Assembly (NCBI GenBank): GCA_964016885.1
Contig: OZ024745.1
Location: 47,120,001 to 47,184,000 of the forward strand
Origin: Eledone cirrhosa
Lineage: Eukaryota
Reading direction: 5' to 3'
DNA: 64,000 nt
The stretch's first letter is position 1. Each line of letters opens with the position of its first letter. The position numbers were made by a program, and so were the translations under genes. Positions 45,001-60,000 of the stretch are shown piece by piece. Under the pieces are notes generated by a model that had not been told where the DNA came from, did no database searches, and saw only the letters and a list, made by a program, of their open reading frames with translations.

Positions 45001-48000
45001 CTTACAGTGTGAACTGGGAGCATTTTATCATGACACCAGCACTACCACCTTACAGTGTGAACTAGGAGCATTTTATCATGACACCAGCACTACCACCTTA
45101 CAGTGTGAACTGGGAGCATTTTATCATGACACCAGCACTACCACTTTACAGTGTGAACTGGGAACATTTTATCATGACACCAGCACTACCACCTTACAGT
45201 GTGTACTGGGAGCATTTTATCATGACACCAGCACTACCACCTTACAGTGTGTACTGGGAGCATGTTATCATGACACCAGCACTACCACCTTACAGTGTGT
45301 ACTGGGAACATTTTATCATGACACCAGCACTACCACCTTACAGTGTGAACTAGGAGCATGTTATCATGACACCAGCACTACCACCTTACAGTGTGTACTG
45401 GGAGCATGTTATCATGACACCAGCACTACCACCTTACAGTGTGTACTGCGAACATTTTATCATGACACCAGCACTACCACCTTACAGTGTGTACTGGGAA
45501 CATTTTATCATGACACCAGGACTACCACCTTACAGTGTGTACTGGGAACATTTTATCATGACACCAGGACTACCACCTTACAGTGTGTACTGGGAGCATG
45601 TTATCATGACACCAGCACTACCACCTTACAGTGTGAACTGGGAGCATTTTATCATGACACCAGCACTACCACCTTACAGTGTGAACTGGGAACATTTTAT
45701 CATGACACCAGCACTATCACCTTACAGTGTGTACTGGGAACATTTTATCATGACACCAGCACTACCACCTTACAGTGTGTACAGGGAGCATGTTATCATG
45801 ACACCAGCACTACCACCTTACAGCGTGAACTGGGAACATGTTATCATGACACCAGCACTACCACCTTACAGTGTGAACTGGGAACATGTTATCATGACAC
45901 CAGCACTACCACCTTACAGTGTGTACTAGGAACATTTTATCATGACACCAGCACTACCACCTTACAGTGTGAACTGGGAGCATGTTATCATGACACCAGC
46001 ACTACCACCTTACAGTGTGAACTAGGAGCATTTTATCATGACACCAGCACTACCACCTTACAGTGTGAACTAGGAGCATTTTATCATGACACCAGCACTA
46101 CCACCTTACAGTGTGAACTAGGAGCATTTTATCATGACACCAGCACTACCACCTTACAGTGTGTACTAGGAACATTTTATCATGACACCAGCACTACCAC
46201 CTTACAGTGTGAACTGGGAGCATTTTATCATGACACCAGCACTACCACCTTACACTGTGTACTGGGAACATTTTATCATGACACCAGCACTACCACCTTA
46301 CAGTGTGAACTGGGAACATTTTATCATGACACCAGCACTACCCCCTTACAGTGTGAACTGGGAACATTTTATCATGACACCAGCACTACCACCTTACAGT
46401 GTGAACTAGGAGCTATTTATCATGACACCAGCACTACCACCTTACAGTGTGTACTGGGAACATGTTATCATGACACCAGAACTACCACCTTACAGTGTGT
46501 ACTTGGAGCATGTTATCATGACACCACACTACCCCCTTACAGTGTGAACTAGGAGCATTTTATCATGACACCAGCACTACCACCTTACAGTGTGAACTAG
46601 GAGCATGTTATCATGACACCAGCACTACCACCTTACAGTGTGTACTGGGAGCATTTTATCATGACACCAGCACTACCACCTTACAGTGTCAACTACGAAC
46701 ATTTTATCATGACACCAGCACTACCACCTTACAGTGTGAACTAGGAACATTTTATCATGACACCAGCACTACCACCTTACAGTGTGAACTAGGAACATTT
46801 TATCATGACACCAGCACTACCACCTTACAGTGTGAACTAGGAACATTTTATCATGACACCAGCACTACCACCTTACAGTGTGAACTAGGAGCATGTTATC
46901 ATGACACCAGCACTACCACCTTACAGTGTCAACTAGGAGCATTTTATCATGACACCAGCACTATCACCTTACAGTGTCAACTAGGAGCATTTTATCATGA
47001 CACCAACACTACCACCTTACAGTGTGAACTGGGAGCATGTTATCATGACACCAGCACTACCACCTTACAGTGTGAACTGGGAGCATTTTATCATGACACC
47101 AGCACTACGACCTTACAGTGTGAACTAGGAGCATTTTATCATGACACCAGCACTACCACCTTACAGTGTGTACTGGGAACATGTTATCATGACACCAGCA
47201 CTACCACCTTACAGTGTGAACTAGGAGCACGTTATCATGACACCAGCACTACCACCTTACAGTGTGTACTGGGAGCATGTTATCATGACACCAGCACTAC
47301 CACCTTACAGTGTGTACTGGGAACATTTTATCATGACACCAGCACTACCACCTTACAGTGTGAACTAGGAGCATGTTATCATGACACCAGCACTACCACC
47401 TTACAGTGTGTACTGGGAGCATGTTATCATGACACCAGCACTACCACCTTACAGTGTGTACTGGGAACATTTTATCATGACACCAGCACTACCACCTTAC
47501 AGTGTGTACTGGGAACATTTTATCATGACACCAGGACTACCACCTTACAGTGTGTACTGGGAACATTTTATCATGACACCAGGACTACCACCTTACAGTG
47601 TGTACTGGGAGCATGTTATCATGACACCAGCACTACCACCTTACAGTGTGAACTGGGAACATTTTATCATGACACCAGCAGTATCACCTTACAGTGTGTA
47701 CTGGGAACATTTTATCATGACACCAGCACTACCACCTTACAGTGTGTACAGGGAGCATGTTATCATGACACCAGCACTACCACCTTACAGCGTGAACTGG
47801 GAACATGTTATCATGACACCAGCACTACCACCTTACAGTGTGAACTGGGAACATGTTATCATGACACCAGCACTACCACCTTACAGTGTGTACTAGGAAC
47901 ATTTTATCATGACACCAGCACTACCACCTTACAGTGTGAACTGGGAGCATGTTATCATGACACCAGCACTACCACCTTACAGTGTGAACTAGGAGCATTT

Positions 48001-51000
48001 TATCATGACACCAGCACTACCACCTTACAGTGTGAACTAGGAGCATTTTATCATGACACCAGCACTACCACCTTACAGTGTGAACTAGGAGCATTTTATC
48101 ATGACACCAGCACTAACACCTTACAGTGTGTACTAGGAACATTTTATCATGACACCAGCACTACCACCTTACAGTGTGAACTGGGAGCATTTTATCATGA
48201 CACCAGCACTACCACCTTACAGTGTGTACTGGGAACATTTTATCATGACACCAGCACTACCACCTTACAGTGTGAACTGGGAACATTTTATCATGACACC
48301 AGCACTACCCCCTTACAGTGTGAACTGGGAACATTTTATCATGACACCAGCACTACCACCTTACAGTGTGAACTAGGAGCATTTTATCATGACACCAGCA
48401 CTACCACCTTACAGTGTGTACTGGGAACATGTTATCATGACACCAGAACTACCACCTTACAGTGTGTACTTGGAGCATGTTATCATGACACCAGCACTAC
48501 CACCTTACAGTGTGAACTGGGAACATGTTATCATGACACCAGCACTACCACCTTACAGTGTGAACTAGGAGCATTTTATCATGACACCAGCACTACCACC
48601 TTACAGTGTGTACTGGGAGCATTTTATCATGACACCAGCACTACCACCTTACAGTGTGAACTAGGAGCATGTTATCATGACACCACACTACCCCCTTACA
48701 GTGTGAACTAGGAGCATTTTATCATGACACCAGCACTACCACATTAAAGTGTGAACTAGGAGCATGTTATCATGACACCAGCACTACCACCTTACAGTGT
48801 GAACTAGGAGCATGTTATCATGACACCAGCACTACCACCTTACAGTGTCAACTAGGAGCATTTTATCATGACACCAGCACTATCACCTTACAGTGTGAAC
48901 TAGGAACATTTTATCATGACACCAGCACTACCACCTTACAGTGTGAACTAGGAACATTTTATCATGACACCAGCACTACCACCTTACAGTGTGAACTAGG
49001 AGCATGTTATCATGACACCAGCACTACCATCTTACAGTGTCAACTAGGAGCATTTTATCATGACACCAGCACTATCACCTTACAGTGTCAACTAGGAGCA
49101 TTTTATCATGACACCAACACTACCACCTTACAGTGTGAACTGGGAACATTTTATCATGACACCAGCACTACCACCTTACAGTGTGAACTGGGAACATTTT
49201 ATCATGACACCAGCACTACCCCCTTACAGTGTGAACTGGGAACATTTTATCATGACACCAGCACTACCACCTTACAGTGTGAACTAGGAGCATTTTATCA
49301 TGACACCAGCACTACCACCTTACAGTGTGTACTGGGAACATGTTATCATGACACCAGAACTACCACCTTACAGTGTGTACTTGGAGCATGTTATCATGAC
49401 ACCAGCACTACCACCTTACAGTGTGAACTGGGAACATGTTATCATGACACCAGCACTACCACCTTACAGTGTGAACTAGGAGCATTTTATCATGACACCA
49501 GCACTACCACCTTACAGTGTGTACTGGGAGCATTTTATCATGACACCAGCACTACCACCTTACAGTGTGAACTAGGAGCATGTTATCATGACACCACACT
49601 ACCCCCTTACAGTGTGAACTAGGAGCATTTTATCATGACACCAGCACTACCACATTAAAGTGTGAACTAGGAGCATGTTATCATGACACCAGCACTACCA
49701 CCTTACAGTGTGAACTAGGAGCATGTTATCATGACACCAGCACTACCACCTTACAGTGTCAACTAGGAGCATTTTATCATGACACCAGCACTATCACCTT
49801 ACAGTGTGAACTAGGAACATTTTATCATGACACCAGCACTACCACCTTACAGTGTGAACTAGGAACATTTTATCATGACACCAGCACTACCACCTTACAG
49901 TGTGAACTAGGAGCATGTTATCATGACACCAGCACTACCACCTTACAGTGTCAACTAGGAGCATTTTATCATGACACCAGCACTATCACCTTACAGTGTC
50001 AACTAGGAGCATTTTATCATGACACCAACACTACCACCTTACAGTGTGAACTGGGAGCATGTTATCATGACACCAGCACTACCACCTTACAGTGTGAACT
50101 GGGAGCATTTTATCATGACACCAGCACTACGACCTTACAGTGTGAACTAGGAGCATTTTATCATGACACCAGCACTACCACCTTACAGTGTGTACTGGGA
50201 ACATGTTATCATGACACCAGCACTACCACCTTACAGTGTGAACTAGGAGCACGTTATCATGACACCAGCACTACCACCTTACAGTGTGTACTGGGAGCAT
50301 GTTATCATGACACCAGCACTACCACCTTACAGTGTGTACTGGGAACATTTTATCATGACACCAGCACTACCACCTTACAGTGTGAACTAGGAGCATGTTA
50401 TCATGACACCAGCACTACCACCTTACAGTGTGTACTGGGAGCATGTTATCATGACACCAGCACTACCACCTTACAGTGTGTACTGGGAACATTTTATCAT
50501 GACACCAGCACTACCACCTTACAGTGTGTACTGGGAACATTTTATCATGACACCAGGACTACCACCTTACAGTGTGTACTGGGAACATTTTATCATGACA
50601 CCAGGACTACCACCTTACAGTGTGTACTGGGAGCATGTTATCATGACACCAGCACTACCACCTTACAGTGTGAACTGGGAACATTTTATCATGACACCAG
50701 CAGTATCACCTTACAGTGTGTACTGGGAACATTTTATCATGACACCAGCACTACCACCTTACAGTGTGTACAGGGAGCATGTTATCATGACACCAGCACT
50801 ACCACCTTACAGCGTGAACTGGGAACATGTTATCATGACACCAGCACTACCACCTTACAGTGTGAACTGGGAACATGTTATCATGACACCAGCACTACCA
50901 CCTTACAGTGTGTACTAGGAACATTTTATCATGACACCAGCACTACCACCTTACAGTGTGAACTGGGAGCATGTTATCATGACACCAGCACTACCACCTT

Positions 51001-54000
51001 ACAGTGTGAACTAGGAGCATTTTATCATGACACCAGCACTACCACCTTACAGTGTGAACTAGGAGCATTTTATCATGACACCAGCACTACCACCTTACAG
51101 TGTGAACTAGGAGCATTTTATCATGACACCAGCACTAACACCTTACAGTGTGTACTAGGAACATTTTATCATGACACCAGCACTACCACCTTACAGTGTG
51201 AACTGGGAGCATTTTATCATGACACCAGCACTACCACCTTACAGTGTGTACTGGGAACATTTTATCATGACACCAGCACTACCACCTTACAGTGTGAACT
51301 GGGAACATTTTATCATGACACCAGCACTACCCCCTTACAGTGTGAACTGGGAACATTTTATCATGACACCAGCACTACCACCTTACAGTGTGAACTAGGA
51401 GCATTTTATCATGACACCAGCACTACCACCTTACAGTGTGTACTGGGAACATGTTATCATGACACCAGAACTACCACCTTACAGTGTGTACTTGGAGCAT
51501 GTTATCATGACACCAGCACTACCACCTTACAGTGTGAACTGGGAACATGTTATCATGACACCAGCACTACCACCTTACAGTGTGAACTAGGAGCATTTTA
51601 TCATGACACCAGCACTACCACCTTACAGTGTGTACTGGGAGCATTTTATCATGACACCAGCACTACCACCTTACAGTGTGAACTAGGAGCATGTTATCAT
51701 GACACCACACTACCCCCTTACAGTGTGAACTAGGAGCATTTTATCATGACACCAGCACTACCACATTAAAGTGTGAACTAGGAGCATGTTATCATGACAC
51801 CAGCACTACCACCTTACAGTGTGTACTGGGAGCATTTTATCATGACACCAGCACTACCACCTTACAGTGTCAACTACGAACATTTTATCATGACACCAGC
51901 ACTACCACCTTACAGTGTGAACTAGGAACATTTTATCATGACACCAGCACTACCACCTTACAGTGTGAACTAGGAACATTTTATCATGACACCAGCACTA
52001 CCACCTTACAGTGTGAACTAGGAACATTTTATCATGACACCAGCACTACCACCTTACAGTGTGAACTAGGAGCATGTTATCATGACACCAGCACTACCAC
52101 CTTACAGTGTCAACTAGGAGCATTTTATCATGACACCAGCACTATCACCTTACAGTGTCAACTAGGAGCATTTTATCATGACACCAACACTACCACCTTA
52201 CAGTGTGAACTGGGAGCATGTTATCATGACACCAGCACTACCACCTTACAGTGTGAACTGGGAGCATTTTATCATGACACCAGCACTACCACCTTACAGT
52301 GTGAACTGGGAACATTTTATCATGACACCAGCACTACCACCTTACAGTGTGAACTGGGAGCATTTTATCATGACACCAGCACTACCACCTTACAGTGTGT
52401 ACTAGGAACATTTTATCATGACACCAGCACTACCACCTTACAGTGTGAACTAGGAGCATTTTATCATGACACCAGCACTACCACCTTACAGTGTGTACTG
52501 GGAACATGTTATCATGACACCAGCACTACCACCTTACAGTGTGAACTAGGAGCACGTTATCATGACACCAGCACTACCACCTTACAGTGTGTACTGGGAG
52601 CATTTTATCATGACACCAGCACTACCACCTTACAGTGTGAACTGGGAGCATTTTATCATGACACCAGCACTACCACCTTACAGTGTGAACTATGAGCATG
52701 TTATCATGACAACAGCACTACCACCTTACAGTGTGAACTGGGAACATTTTATCATGACACCAGCACTACCACCTTACAGTGTGAACTATGAGCATGTTAT
52801 CATGACAACAGCACTACCACCTTACAGTGTGAACTGGGAACATTTTATCATGACACCAGCACTACCACCTTACAGTGTGAACTGGGAGCATTTTATCATG
52901 ACACCAGCACTACCACCTTACAGTGTGTACTAGGAACATTTTATCATGACACCAGCACTACCACCTTACAGTGTGAACTGAGAGCATTTTATCATGACAC
53001 CAGCACTACCACCTTACAGTGTGTACTGGGAGCATGTTATCATGACACCAGCACTACCACCTTACAGTGTGAACAAGGAGCATGTTATCATGACACCAGC
53101 ACTACCACCTTATAGTGTGTACTGGGAACATTTTATCATGACACCAGCACTACCACCTTACAGTGTGAACTGGGAACATTTTATCATGACACCAGCACTA
53201 CCACCTTACAGTGTGAACTGGGAGCATTTTATCATGACACCAGCACTACCACCTTACAGTGTGTACTGGGAACATGTTATCATGACACCAGCACTACCAC
53301 CTTACAGTGTGTACTGGGAACATTTTATCATGACACCAGCACTACCACCTTACAGTGTGTACTAGGAACATTTTATCATGACACCAGCACTACCACCTTA
53401 CAGTGTGTACTAGGAACATTTTATCATGTCACCACCACTACCACCTTACAGTGTGAACTGGGAACATGTTATCATGACACCAGCACTACCACCTTACAGC
53501 GTGAACTAGGAACATTTTATCATGACACCAGCACTACCACCTTACAGTGTGAACTAGGAACATTTTATCATGACACCAGCACTACCACCTTACAGTGTGA
53601 ACTAGGAGCCTTTTATCATGACACCAGCACTATCACCTTACAGTGTGAACTGGGAACATTTTATCATGACACCAGCACTACCACATTACAGTGTGAACTG
53701 GGAACATTTTATCATGACACCAGCACTACCACCTTACAGTGTGTACTGGGAACATTTTATCATGACACCAGCACTACCACCTTACAGTGTGTACTGGGAA
53801 CATGTTATCATGACACCAGCACTAACACCTTACAGTGTGTACTGGGAACATGTTATCATGACACCAGCACTACCACCTTACAGTGTGAACTGGGAACATT
53901 TTATCATGGCACCAGCACTACCACCTTACAGTGTGAACTAGGAGCATTTTATCATGACACCAGCACTACCACCTTACAGTGTGTACTGGGAACATGTTAT

Positions 54001-57000
54001 CATGACACCAGCACTACCATCTTACAGTGTGAACTGGGAACATTTTATCATGACACCAGCACTACCAACTTACAGTGTGAACTAGGAGCATTTTATCATG
54101 ACACCAGCACTACCACCTTACAGTGTGTACTGGGAACATGTTATCATGACACCAGCACTACCACCTTACAGTGTGTACTGGGAACATGTTATCATGACAC
54201 CAGCACTACCACCTTACAGTGCGAACTGGGAACATTTTATCATGACACCAGCACTACCACCTTACAGTGTGAACTAGGAGCATTTTATCATGACACCAGC
54301 ACTACCACCTTACAGTGTGTACTGGGAACATGTTATCATGACACCAGCACTACCACCTTACAGTGTGTACTGGGAACATGTTATCATGACACCAGCACTA
54401 CCACCCTACAGTGTGAACTAGGAGCATGTTATCATGACACCAGCACTACCACCTTACAGTGTGTACTGGGAGCATTTTATCATGACACCAGCACTACCAC
54501 CTTACAGTGTGAACTGGAACATTTTATCATGACACCAGCACTACCACCTTACAGTGTGAACTATGAGCATGTTATCATGACAACAGCACTACCACCTTAC
54601 AGTGTGAACTGGGAACATTTTATCATGACACCAGCACTACCACCTTACAGTGTGAATTATGAGCATGTTATCATGACAACAGAACTACCACCTTACAGTG
54701 TGAACTGGGAACATTTTATCATGACACCAGCACTACCACCTTACAGTGTGAACTGGGAGCATTTTATCATGACACCAGCACTACCACCTTACAGTGTGTA
54801 CTAGGAACATTTTATCATGACACCAGCACTACCACCTTACAGTGTGTACTAGGAACATTTTATCATGACACCAGCACTACCACCTTACAGTGTGAACTGG
54901 GAGCATTTTATCATGACACCAGCACTACCACCTTACAGTGTGAACTAGGAGCATGTTATCATGACACCAGCACTACCACCTTACAGTGTGTACTCGGAGC
55001 ATGTTATCATGACACCAGCACTGTCACCTTACAGTGTGAACTAGGAGCATTTTATCATGACACCAGCACTACCACCTTACAGTGTGTACTGGGAACATTT
55101 TATCATGACACCAGCACTACCACCTTACAGTGTGTACTGGGAACATGTTATCATGACACCAGCACTACCACCTTACAGTGTGTACTAGGAGCATGTTATC
55201 ATGACACCAGCACTACCACCTTACAGTGTGTACTAGGAACATTTTATCATGACACCAGCACTACCACCTTACAGTGTGTACTGGGAACATTTTATCATGA
55301 CACCAGCACTACCACCTTACAGTGTGAACTGGGAACATTTTATCATGACACCAGCACTACCACCTTACAGTGTGAACTGGGAGCATTTTATCATGACACC
55401 AGCACTACCACCTTACAGTGTGAACTAGGAGCATGTTATCATGACACCAGCACTACCACCTTACAGTGTGTACTAGGAGCATTTTATCATGACACCAGCA
55501 CTACCACCTTACAGTGTGAACTAGGAGCATGTTATCATGACACCAGCACTACCACCTTACAGTGTGAACCGGGAGCATTTTATCATGACACCAGCACTAC
55601 CACCTTACAGTGTGAACTGGGAGCATGTTATCATGACACCAGCACTACCACCTTACAGTGTGTACTGGGAGCATTTTAGCATGACACCAGCACTACCACC
55701 TTACAGTGTGTACTGGGAACATTTTATCATGACACCAGCACTACCACCTTACAGTGTGTACTGGGAACATGTTATCATGACACCAGCACTACCACCTTAC
55801 AGTGTGTACTAGGAGCATGTTATCATGACACCAGCACTACCACCTTACAGTGTGTACTAGGAACATTTTATCATGACACCAGCACTACCACCTTACAGTG
55901 TGTACTGGGAACATTTTATCATGACACCAGCACTACCACCTTACAGTGTGAACTGGGAACATTTTATCATGACACCAGCACTACCACCTTACAGTGTGAA
56001 CTGGGAGCATTTTATCATGACACCAGCACTACCACCTTACAGTGTGAACTAGGAGCATGTTATCATGACACCAGCACTACCACCTTACAGTGTGTACTGG
56101 GAGCATTTTATCATGACACCAGCACTACCACCTTACAGTGTGAACTGGGAACATTTTATCATGACACCAGCACTACCACCTTACAGTGTGTACTAGGAGC
56201 ATTTTATCATGACACCAGCATTACCACCTTACAGTGTGAACTGGGAACATTTTATCATGACACCAGCACTACCACCTTACAGTGTGTACTGGGAACATTT
56301 TATCATGACACCAGCACTACCACCTTACAGTGTGTACTAGGAACATTTTATCATGTCACCACCACTACCACCTTACAGTGTGAACTGGGAACATGTTATC
56401 ATGACACCAGCACTACCACCTTACAGCGTGAACTAGGAACATTTTATCATGACACCAGCACTACCACCTTACAGTGTGAACTAGGAACATTTTATCATGA
56501 CACCAGCACTACCACCTTACAGTGTGAACTAGGAGCATTTTATCATGACACCAGCACTATCACCTTACAGTGTGAACTGGGAACATTTTATCATGACACC
56601 AGCACTACCACATTACAGTGTGAACTGGGAACATTTTATCATGACACCAGCACTACCACCTTACAGTGTGTACTGGGAACATTTTATCATGACACCAGCA
56701 CTACCACCTTACAGTGTGTACTGGGAACATGTTATCATGACACCAGCACTACCACCTTACAGTGTGTACTGGGAACATGTTATCATGACACCAGCACTAC
56801 CACCTTACAGTGTGAACTGGGAACATTTTATCATGGCACCAGCACTACCACCTTACAGTGTGAACTAGGAGCATTTTATCATGACACCAGCACTACCACC
56901 TTACAGTGTGTACTGGGAACATTTTATCATGACACCAGCACTACCACCTTACAGTGTGTACTAGGAACATTTTATCATGTCACCACCACTACCACCTTAC

Positions 57001-60000
57001 AGTGTGAACTGGGAACATGTTATCATGACACCAGCACTACCACCTTACAGCGTGAACTAGGAACATTTTATCATGACACCAGCACTACCACCTTACAGTG
57101 TGAACTAGGAACATTTTATCATGACACCAGCACTACCACCTTACAGTGTGAACTAGGAGCATTTTATCATGACACCAGCACTATCACCTTACAGTGTGAA
57201 CTGGGAACATTTTATCATGACACCAGCACTACCACATTACAGTGTGAACTGGGAACATTTTATCATGACACCAGCACTACCACCTTACAGTGTGTACTGG
57301 GAACATTTTATCATGACACCAGCACTACCACCTTACAGTGTGTACTGGGAACATGTTATCATGACACCAGCACTACCACCTTACAGTGTGTACTGGGAAC
57401 ATGTTATCATGACACCAGCACTACCACCTTACAGTGTGAACTGGGAACATTTTATCATGGCACCAGCACTACCACCTTACAGTGTGAACTAGGAGCATTT
57501 TATCATGACACCAGCACTACCACCTTACAGTGTGTACTGGGAACATGTTATCATGACACCAGCACTACCATCTTACAGTGTGAACTGGGAACATTTTATC
57601 ATGACACCAGCACTACCAACTTACAGTGTGAACTAGGAGCATTTTATCATGACACCAGCACTACCACCTTACAGTGTGTACTGGGAACATGTTATCATGA
57701 CACCAGCACTACCACCTTACAGTGTGTACTGGGAACATGTTATCATGACACCAGCACTACCACCTTACAGTGCGAACTGGCAACATTTTATCATGACACC
57801 AGCACTACCACCTTACAGTGTGAACTAGGAGCATTTTATCATGACACCAGCACTACCACCTTACAGTGTGTACTGGGAACATGTTATCATGACACCAGCA
57901 CTACCACCTTACAGTGTGTACTGGGAACATGTTATCATGACACCAGCACTACCACCCTACAGTGTGAACTAGGAGCATGTTATCATGACACCAGCACTAC
58001 CACCTTACAGTGTGTACTGGGAGCATTTCATCATGACACCAGCACTACCACCTTACAGTGTGAACTGGAACATTTTATCATGACACCAGCACTACCACCT
58101 TACAGTGTGAACTATGAGCATGTTATCATGACAACAGCACTACCACCTTACAGTGTGAACTGGGAACATTTTATCATGACACCAGCACTACCACCTTACA
58201 GTGTGAATTATGAGCATGTTATCCTGACAACAGAACTACCACCTTACAGTGTGAACTGGGAACATTTTATCATGACACCAGCACTACCACCTTACAGTGT
58301 GAACTGGGAGCATTTTATCATGACACCAGCACTACCACCTTACAGTGTGTACTAGGAACATTTTATCATGACACCAGCACTACCACCTTACAGTGTGTAC
58401 TAGGAACATTTTATCATGACACCAGCACTACCACCTTACAGTGTGAACTGGGAGCATTTTATCATGACACCAGCACTACCACCTTACAGTGTGTACTGGG
58501 AGCATGTTATCATGACACCAGCACTACCACCTTACAGTGTGAACTAGGAGCATGTTATCATGACACCAGCACTACCACCTTACAGTGTGTACTCGGAGCA
58601 TGTTATCATGACACCAGCACTGCCACCTTACAGTGTGAACTAGGAGCATTTTATCATGACACCAGCACTACCACCTTACAGTGTGTACTGGGAACATTTT
58701 ATCATGACACCAGCACTACCACCTTACAGTGTGTACTGGGAACATGTTATCATGACACCAGCACTACCACCTTACAGTGTGTACTAGGAGCATGTTATCA
58801 TGACACCAGCACTACCACCTTACAGTGTGTACTAGGAACATTTTATCATGACACCAGCACTACCACCTTACAGTGTGTACTGGGAACATTTTATCATGAC
58901 ACCAGCACTACCACCTTACAGTGTGAACTGGGAACATTTTATCATGACACCAGCACTACCACCTTACAGTGTGAACTGGGAGCATTTTATCATGACACCA
59001 GCACTACCACCTTACAGTGTGAACTAGGAGCATGTTATCATGACACCAGCACTACCACCTTACAGTGTGTACTAGGAGCATTTTATCATGACACCAGCAC
59101 TACCACCTTACAGTGTGAACTAGGAGCATGTTATCATGACACCAGCACTACCACCTTACAGTGTGAACCGGGAGCATTTTATCATGACACCAGCACTACC
59201 ACCTTACAGTGTGAACTGGGAGCATGTTATCATGACACCAGCACTACCACCTTACAGTGTGTACTGGGAGCATTTTAGCATGACACCAGCACTACCACCT
59301 TACAGTGTGTACTGGGAACATTTTATCATGACACCAGCACTACCACCTTACAGTGTGTACTGGGAACATGTTATCATGACACCAGCACTACCACCTTACA
59401 GTGTGTACTAGGAGCATGTTATCATGACACCAGCACTACCACCTTACAGTGTGTACTAGGAACATTTTATCATGACACCAGCACTACCACCTTACAGTGT
59501 GTACTGGGAACATTTTATCATGACACCAGCACTACCACCTTACAGTGTGAACTGGGAACATTTTATCATGACACCAGCACTACCACCTTACAGTGTGAAC
59601 TGGGAGCATTTTATCATGACACCAGCACTACCACCTTACAGTGTGTACTGGGAGCATTTTATCATGACACCAGCACTACCACCTTACAGTGTGAACTGGG
59701 AACATTTTATCATGACACCAGCACTACCACCTTACAGTGTGAACTGGGAACATTTTATCATGACACCAGCACTACCACCTTACAGTGTGTACTAGGAGCA
59801 TTTTATCATGACACCAGCATTACCACCTTACAGTGTGTACTGGGAACATTTTATCATGACACCAGCACTACCACCTTACAGTGTGAACTAGGAGCATGTT
59901 ATCATGACACCAGCACTACCACCTTACAGTGTGAACTGGGAGCATTTTATCATGACACCAGCACTACCACCTTACAGTGTGAACTAGGAGCATGTTATCA

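Noticed and set aside
831-59795. The many MTPALPPYSVNWEHFI-type ORFs
   Set aside because: Every monomer supplies an ATG, and ORF length only reflects runs of the G allele at position 40 (TGG versus TAG). No coding signal.
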